A model generated the notes under the pieces. The model worked only from the letters and a program-made list of their open reading frames with translations. It did no database searches and was not told the DNA's origin. Shown in pieces: positions 55,309 to 64,000 of a stretch of 64,000 nucleotides of DNA. A program made the translations under genes and the position numbers. The stretch is from Eledone cirrhosa (taxonomy: Eukaryota), in contig OZ024749.1 of assembly GCA_964016885.1 (NCBI GenBank), forward strand, positions 42,842,001-42,906,000. The letters are read 5' to 3'. Numbering within the stretch: position 1 is the stretch's first letter; the number at the start of each line of letters is the position of its first letter.

Positions 55309-56899
55309 ATTCGCAATTACCAATTGTTCGTTTGATGTTTATTAATTTCTTCACCTTTTACTGTTTGTTCTTATCAGCGACATCTATGTGTAAACTTCCA
55401 TTGACTTATCTGTATTTTATATATTATATCACATTAGATTATATTATGTTGCAATATATAATGTATTACATGGTGTTATATGTTTGTATGCTACATATCG
55501 GCAGCTAGAAGAAAGAAAAAAAAAACAGTTTTCCCATTGGAATATAAAATATAAAGAAAATATAAAATAGTTGTAACAGTTCGATTTTTGTGTTGATATT
55601 TTTTTCTTCATGCTTATAAATCTATAAATTTGATATATATATAAATTAATAAATATGCTTTCGCACAGAGAGACAGTCACATGTCTACGAGGAACACACG
55701 CATACACATTCCTGTGTGTGAAACAAATGGAACGACACCGATTTTAAATACGAAATATACCATTGGTTTGATAATCTGAACTACCTCGTTGAATTATAGT
55801 GTAAATGATTAAATATTCCCATAGGCGCTGACAATACACAACCTTAAACAGGTAGATTATCTATTGATTCCAAAAAGAGTGGAAAGAACTGAAAGAAATA
55901 ACACTTGCCATTTAAGTTGACGTTCTTTTTTAATGGCATGGTATGGACTCATAACGTTGGAGGAAGTCGTAGGGCCATCATATTAAACATACAGTGCTTC
56001 TTAGGACATTTTCTTAAACCGAGCAGAGCCCAGCCCCTCCTCAGGCATAAGTACAGATATCTTCCAGAGAAGGATAGAGAGTGAGAGAAAGGAAATGAGA
56101 AAGAGACATAGAGGAAGAATCAACCTCCAGTACAGGATTGGTACTTTTTTTTATCGACTAATAGGCGGCGAATTGGAAGAGTCAATAGAGTGCTTTGCCG
56201 TATTCGTTCCAGCGCTCTGCTCTCTCAGTTCAAAACCTGCCGAGGTCAACATTTGCCTTTCATTTTTTTAAAATAGAGAAACAAAAATACGACATATTTT
56301 CCCAAGATGCCATGCACTGTAATCGAACAACCTCACATACACATACATAAATATATACCACATATCCACATAGATGCACACCCGCACATACTTAGGACAT
56401 GCATTACCAGGAAAATTAGATCATTATACAGCATATTACAACTCTCTCTTCATATCTAAACAAAATTTGTCTAGAGTCGGAAGCAATAATCAATGAAAAA
56501 TAAATAAATAACTTTTTCTAAAAAGCAACAAAACACAGCAATATTTTAAACGTCTTTTTTCCCCCATTATTTCTTTTACATTTTCGATGTATTCAATTTG
56601 AAATCTCTTAGGCACGACCTTCGCTCATAATGATTTTTATAAAAAAGAAAAAAACATAGCCTATAGGTCTTACATTGTGACGTAGGGAAATAGTTGATTT
56701 TATTGACATCAATATTTATCTATTACCTATTTTAGCAAGATGTAATGCTATCTGGCAGAGCCGTTAGAATGTCGAACAGAATAATTTGTGGTATTCGTCC
56801 CGGTTTTCTACGTTCTGAGTTCAAATCACACTGAGGTCAACTTTTGTATTGGAAGTTTCGAGTTACGTCAACACTAAGCTGGGATTTGAGTCAACAAAA

Positions 56900-57492
56900 T
56901 CATGGTTTCTGATTCAGGCACAAAGCTAACAATTTGTAGGGTGGGGCGAAGTCAATTAAATCGACCCCAGTGCGTTACTGGTATTTTATTTTATCGACCC
57001 CCATAAGGATGAAAGGCAAAGCTAACCTCGGCGAGATTTGAATTCAGAACGTAAAGGACCGACCGTAACTCTGTGCCGCAAAGAATGTTTTCAATAAAAT
57101 AATGGTTTTTGATTTAGACACAAGGACACAAATTCTGAGGGAGGGGAAAGTCGATTAAATCGACCCTAATGCATTACTGGTATTTTATTTTATCGACCTC
57201 GTACGGATATAAATCATAACTCGCCTCGGCGAGATTTGAACTCAGAACGTAAAGGGTCGTAACTCCATGCCGCAAAGCATGTTGCCAATAAAATAATGGT
57301 TTCTTATATAGGCACAAGGCCAACATTTTTTGGGTAGGGGAAAGTCGATTAATTTAACCCCCAGTGTGTCACTGGTACTTTATTTTAACGACCCCGTAAG
57401 GTTGAAAGGCAAATTTAACCTCGGCGGAATTTGTACTCAGATCATAAAGGGCCGTAACTCTATGCCGCAAAGCATATTGCCAATAAAATAAT
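56900..57492 (-). mobile_element. Three tandem 5'-truncated SINE family 1 units (~195 bp each)
   Basis: Each ends GCCGCAAAG.AT.TT..CAATAAAATAATG. Confidence 0.85.
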
Positions 57493-57926
57493 GTAAATAA
57501 TTGGATTACTTTGTAGAATACGGCATTAAAATCAATCAAATCTGGGCTTTGTCAGATACACATTGAATACTTTATGAAATAATTGAACTTCCATCGGTTT
57601 ACTAGTCGTGCCATTTGTCTTTTAACGAGAGAAAAGGTGAAGGCCATTGACCCAATTCTACGTTCAATCATGTCAACTAATTCAAATTTGATAGTTCAAT
57701 AAATTGTTGATGTGCAAAGAACAGATATACATAGACACGTGTAGAAACACCTACATACACACATGCAGGCTAACAACACATACACACACAATAAAAGCAC
57801 CTATACACACATCCATTCCTTTACTCTTTTTCTCTCTTACTTTATCTAACACATATTTCATTTTCATTACTTTCGTTCCATATATTTCGAAATATTTATA
57901 AATCTATAACATTCTCATTCTTAATA

Positions 57927-57996
<70 letters not shown>

Positions 57997-58038
57997 TCTC
58001 TCTCTCATATGTATATACTAAATGTGCAAGTGTAATGC

Positions 58039-58082
<44 letters not shown>

Positions 58083-58098
58083 TGTGGACGTGTAATGC

Positions 58099-58157
<59 letters not shown>

Positions 58158-58173
58158 CACTTACTTTCACACA

Positions 58174-58290
<117 letters not shown>

Positions 58291-58309
58291 TGTATATATA
58301 TATATATAT

Positions 58310-58341
58310 GACCTCAGCCGTCGGGGTTCTGACTCTTTCCC

Positions 58342-58373
<32 letters not shown>

Positions 58374-58575
58374 CTTTGGATAGTAGAGTGGGTAATAGGA
58401 AAAGAGTCAGAATCCCGACGGCAGAGTTCAAGCCGTTTTGACAGCTATTTCTGGACTGGCTTGAGCTCTGCCGTCGGGGTTCTGACTCTTTTCCTATTAC
58501 CCACTCTACTACCCAAAGTATCGAGTACTCTGGTGCGTTATGGTCCACCTGGTTCCTTACCACATCTCCTTCGTT
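58310..58575 (+). mobile_element. Family A element with long inverted arm plus a detached fragment (58310-58342)
   Basis: Inverted arm extends to TACTTTGGATAGTAGAGTGGG; sense arm lacks the stem II-GAAA segment; standard tail. Confidence 0.85.
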
Positions 58576-58601
58576 ATATATATATATATATATATTTAGT
58601 A

Positions 58602-59194
<593 letters not shown>

Positions 59195-59267
59195 GTGAGG
59201 TTTTTTTTTACAAAATGAAAAATAACCGAGGTGTCCTACACGAGTGAAAGTATAAAGAAAAAAAGAT

Positions 59268-59410
59268 GAAATCAAAAATGCAACTGAAGTCTTATTTAAA
59301 AAATATATATATATATTTATTTGGTTCCTTTACCGGTTTCGGAGTTTTTCTGCTTTTCATAAGTATATATATTTAAAAAAAAATAAGACTCCAGTTGCAT
59401 TTTCGATTTC
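59268..59410. mobile_element. 30-bp inverted repeats enclosing an HHR remnant
   Basis: GAAATCAAAAATGCAACTGAAGTCTTATTT / AAATAAGACTCCAGTTGCATTTTCGATTTC; inner minus strand CTTATGA...CCGAAACCGGTA..AATAAA. Confidence 0.55.
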
Positions 59411-59651
59411 AGACGTTAGCTAAAGTTAAACATTAAACACCACGTCTTATTTGTAAAAATAATTACCTCTCCTTAAACGACCCTCACTCCTCACATTCCC
59501 TTATCAATACCTTCTCAGTTCTTCTCATCATCACTTTATTATTCTCACAATATATTCTCGTCCTTCCTCACCTCATCTCAATTCTTTTTTCGCCAGATTT
59601 AGTTTCTACCGTTATCTTTTATTGTCTCCGATCAATAGATGTTCTCTCTCC

Positions 59652-59713
<62 letters not shown>

Positions 59714-59933
59714 GTCTCTCCATCTCTCTCCTTCTCTCGGTCTCTCTGTGTTTACTTTTCATTCTTTATCTGAAAGAGTGAGTGTGTGTGTGTGTGTGTG
59801 TGTGTGCGGGTTTGTGTGTATGTTTGTGAGGCTATGTGTGTGGGTATGTGTTGTATGTATATATATATATATATATATATTCAGAGAGGAGGCAAAGAGA
59901 GGAAGAGAGAGAAAGAGAGAGAGAGAGAGAGGG

Positions 59934-59965
<32 letters not shown>

Positions 59966-60302
59966 AAGTGTGTGTTTTGTATGTGTATGCAATGCATGTA
60001 TATGTATATGTATATATATATATATGTGTATATTCAGCGAGAGAGAAAGAGAGAGGGAGAGAGAGAGAGAGAGAGAGGGGAGAAAGAGAGAGAGGGAAAG
60101 AGAGTGCGCGTGTGTGTCTGTGTGTGTGTGTGTGTCTTATATTTAATACACATAGAGGCATGTGTGTGCGGAGTTAAATACATGAAAGGAGAGGCAGGTA
60201 AGTAGATAACACCTGTTGGAGAATAACAAAATAAAACACCATATGAACAACTAATACATATATATATCTATATATCTATATATATATATATATATATAGA
60301 TA

Positions 60303-60338
<36 letters not shown>

Positions 60339-60457
60339 TATATATATATCTATACACACGCACATATATATATCAATACACACAGACACACACACACATA
60401 TATATATATATATATCTATATATATATCTATACACACGCACATATATATATCAATAG

Positions 60458-60489
<32 letters not shown>

Positions 60490-60524
60490 TCACACGCACA
60501 TATATATATCAATACACACAGACT

Positions 60525-60557
<33 letters not shown>

Positions 60558-60597
60558 CTATTCACACGCATATATATATATATATCAATACACACAG

Positions 60598-60675
<78 letters not shown>

Positions 60676-60701
60676 GCACATATATATATCAATACACACA
60701 G

Positions 60702-60739
<38 letters not shown>

Positions 60740-60781
60740 CTATTCACACGCATATATATATATATATATCAATACACACAG

Positions 60782-60823
<42 letters not shown>

Positions 60824-61022
60824 CAATACACACACACACACATATATAGACATATCAATACACACACACAAATACACACACACACACATATATATGTATA
60901 TATATACATATATACTCTCACACATATACAATTTCTGTATGCATGTATATATCTCACCTTCACACTTTACCCACCCATTCTCGAAAACATCCCCCCCCCC
61001 ACCGCCGCTTTCATTTATCAAG

Positions 61023-62152
61023 ACTACCACCACCACCGCCGCCACCACCACTACTACTATCACCACTACCACCACCACCACCACCACTACCACCATCACC
61101 ACCACCATCACCACCGCCACTCCCCCTACCACCATCACCACCGCCACTCCCCCTACCACCACCATTACTACCACCACCACCACTACCATCACTACCACCG
61201 CCGTCACCACCACCACCACTACCACTACCTCCACCATTACTACCACCACCACCACTACCACTATCACCACCACTACCACTACCACTACCTCCACCATTAC
61301 TACCACCACCACCACTACCACTATCACCACCACTACCACCACCACTACCACCACCACCACTACCACTATCACCACCACTACCACCACCACTACCACCACC
61401 ACCACTACCACTATCACCACCACTACCACCACCACTACCACCACCACCACCACCACCACCACTACCACCACCACTACCACCACTACCACTACCACCACCA
61501 CTACCACCACCACCACTACCACTATCACCACTACCACTACCACTACCATCACTACCACCGCCACCCCCACTAGCACCACCATTACTACCACCACCACCAC
61601 TACCACTATCACCACCACCACCATCACTACCACCGCCACCCCCACTACCACCACCACCACTACTACAATCATCATTATCATCCTCATCAATACTTGTTTC
61701 AGGTCTATTAACTGTAGTATCGATCTGTAGTTGGGTGGGGGGTGGGGGTATGTAAGGGGGGAACTGATAGTGATCAATAGACATGATATATAGTCTTGGC
61801 TGACGGCAAGTCACTTAGTACACCATTTTCCTCTCTACTGTTGATGGTGGTGGAGGTGGTACTGTTGTTGTTGTTGGTGATGGGGATTGTAGTAGTTGTG
61901 GTACTGGTGGTGGTGGTGGTGGTTGTGGTACTGTTGATGGTGGTGGTAGTTAGTGTGGTGGTGGTGGAGTTGCTGTTGCTGGTGGTGGTACTGTTGTTGT
62001 TGGTGATGGTGGTTGTGGTACTGTTGAAGGTGGTTGTGATGGTGGTGGAGGCGGTGGTGGCCCTGCTGATGGCAGTTAGTACGGTAGTGGTGTCGTTGGT
62101 GGTGGTTAGTGTGGTAGTGGATGTACTGTTAGCGATGTTTGTGGTGGTGGTT
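61023..62152. repeat. (ACC/ACT)n tract (61023-61670) facing a (GGT/GTT)n tract (61840-62152)
   Basis: Simple repeats; explain poly-T/P/V/G ORFs. Confidence 0.95.
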
Positions 62153-62172
62153 GTTTATCAAATTTGATAGTA

Positions 62173-62710
62173 CAAACAATTTCCGATCTTTCACCATCCG
62201 TCCCGAGGATGTATGTATGGATGTCCAAGGATATCACAAACATCAAATAAAATCCAAGTTTCCAGCATATTTCCCCAGTGGCTGGGGATATATTCTGATC
62301 AGTAGTATTTACTATCTGTGACATTCCATACTTTCGTCTGAATTCACACCACTTTATTACACATAACTATCCCTTTTTTTCACATTTCAGCTTTCGTTTG
62401 AGGTAACGCTCTATTTATTTATCATTTTCTTCCATCTCTTCTGCTAATTGTCTGATGTAATTTAAAGATCATGTTCCGTTCTGTTAGTTTTTCGTCACTT
62501 GACATTCACAAATCTATTTAGCCTCGTCATTTACCCCTTGTCCTGTCTAATGCCGAGCAGCTGCTGTGATAATTTTCCCAGTGGCTGTGCTATATTCTGA
62601 GCGCTATTAGTTACCATGCTAAATACCGAAAACTTGAATTTTTTTTGAAATCTGTAGTATTTTAGGACATCTATCCTCAGAACGAATGGCTGAAGATCAG
62701 AAAGTGTTTG
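62173..62710. mobile_element. Old fold-back/MITE with ~100-bp imperfect TIRs
   Basis: CAAACAATTTCCGATCTTTCACCATCCGTCCCGAGGAT.. versus ..ATCCTCAGAACGAATGGCTGAAGATCAGAAAGTGTTTG; internal direct repeat CCCAGTGGCTG.G.TATATTCTGA. Confidence 0.65.
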
Positions 62711-62766
62711 TGTGTATTGTCTAATGAGATATCAAACATACAGACACACACACACTTTCTCTTTCG

Positions 62767-62834
<68 letters not shown>

Positions 62835-62837
<3 letters not shown>

Positions 62838-62954
62838 GGTGTTAAAGTTTGCTTGAAGCATTGTGAAATGTGTAAAATACGTAGTTTAGAAAGCCACAAC
62901 AATGCAGAGGGAAATCTCGAGGTTTCCCTCTGCATTGTTGTGGCTTTCTAAACT

Positions 62955-62997
<43 letters not shown>

Positions 62998-63074
62998 AGG
63001 AAGTTATAGTTCAGTTGAAGCATCGTGTAATGAGGTATAAACGTTTGTATTTGTAAAGCTTTACAAATACAAAC

Positions 63075-63082
<8 letters not shown>
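62835..63082 (-). mobile_element. Two related palindromic (TA)n inserts (family E): 62835-62956 and 62996-63082
   Basis: Hairpins centred on GAAATCTCGAGGTTTC and AAAGCTTT; shared arm GAGG..GTTA.AGTT...TTGAAGCAT.GTG.AATG. Confidence 0.7.
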
Positions 63083-63129
<47 letters not shown>

Positions 63130-63132
<3 letters not shown>

Positions 63133-63262
63133 TATATGAACAGATTAAAGTTTATGCAAAGAATCGGTGCTTTCCCCCTTAACGGGATCTTCTGAAACTA
63201 AAAAAAATTATGGATATATATAATTCTTATGAAGCCCTCTTCGGATTTTAGTCTTCACATTT

Positions 63263-63270
<8 letters not shown>
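63130..63270 (-). mobile_element. Family C element
   Basis: Minus strand GTTTCAGAAGATCCCGTTAAGGGGGAAAGCACCGATTCTTTGCATAAAC. Confidence 0.6.
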
Positions 63271-63293
<23 letters not shown>

Positions 63294-63518
63294 CTCCTAC
63301 ATATATATATATATATATATTTCCGATTTTCTTCGCCCTATTCCTAATTGCCTTTGTCCCTATTTTGATTTTCTTCCCTTTTGTATTATCGCTTTTGCAT
63401 TTTCTTGTTTCCCTCCCTTTGCTTTCAACCTTTTTATTTTATTTTTGTTTTTTGTAACCTCCCCCATCTCACCAAGCGTGAATCGAATAACAATATGTAC
63501 TATTGAGTCCTGCGTTTG

Positions 63519-63572
<54 letters not shown>

Positions 63573-63676
63573 GTAAACATATCCATCCATGATGTACGCA
63601 TACAGACGTTAACCCCATCTATACATGCATGCATGTATACATATACACATACAGGCCTACATACATAGAAGTGACT

Positions 63677-63922
63677 ATACAAGGGCAGGCTGAAAATCTC
63701 ATAGGCTGACCAAGACACTCTCATAGAATGACCAAATGAGGTTTAGTTTTCAACATAGTCCCTAGAATCATAGGCTGAGCAAGATACTCTCATTGAATGA
63801 CCAAATCAAGTTTAGATTTCAACATAGTCCCTAGAAAGAAACAATGTAGGTATTTTTAACATGGGTTGAAATTAATGCATGCAAGGTTTCCCAAGCCTAT
63901 GAGATGTTCAGCCGATCCTCTC
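63677..63922. mobile_element. Mariner-derived MITE with internal ~70-bp duplication
   Basis: TACAAGGGCAGGCTGAAAATCTCATAGGCTGAC ... AGCCTATGAGATGTTCAGCCGATCCTC; TCATAGGCTGA...CAACATAGTCCCTAGAA twice. Confidence 0.75.
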
Positions 63923-64000
63923 AAATACAGTAAATTTATTTGGGATAAATCGTTTGGCTCATTTAAAGACTGACACTCGGCGTTAAAGAGAGTTTATGGT

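Noticed and set aside
60160-60203. Consensus donor CAG|GTAAGT after ATGAAAGGAGAGGCA
   Set aside because: Single motif amid microsatellites with no supporting exon evidence
60740-62167. Poly-Thr/Pro/Val/Gly ORFs resembling mucin, extensin or glycine-rich proteins
   Set aside because: (ACC)n/(GGT)n repeats open in four frames, with no flanking domain or splice support

Overview
AT-rich, microsatellite-saturated, essentially non-coding eukaryotic DNA, most likely intronic or intergenic. The SINE and LINE-tail sequences look like those of octopus (coleoid cephalopod) genomes; this is recognition by eye, not a database result. No convincing protein-coding gene is present, and nearly all ORFs in the track are translations of (TA)n, (CA)n, (GA)n, (CAT)n or (ACC)n repeats. 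The window holds dozens of copies of two tRNA-derived SINE families, mariner/Tc1 and hAT MITEs, RTE- and Tx1/L1-type LINE remnants, and old fold-back elements. The main hidden structure is a set of at least 6-8 unrelated short elements sitting inside (TA)n tracts. They carry type I hammerhead ribozyme (HHR) motifs of the Penelope-like-element (PLE) pLTR kind, and many are palindromes made of a variable-length inverted arm plus a fixed-end long arm. In the commonest family (8 copies) the fold-back point lies in or next to ribozyme stem II, leaving only the GAAAC-stem III-GUC half. A decayed PLE GIY-YIG endonuclease fragment at about 33.4 kb supports a PLE origin. Coordinates were read by eye and may be off by a few bases.
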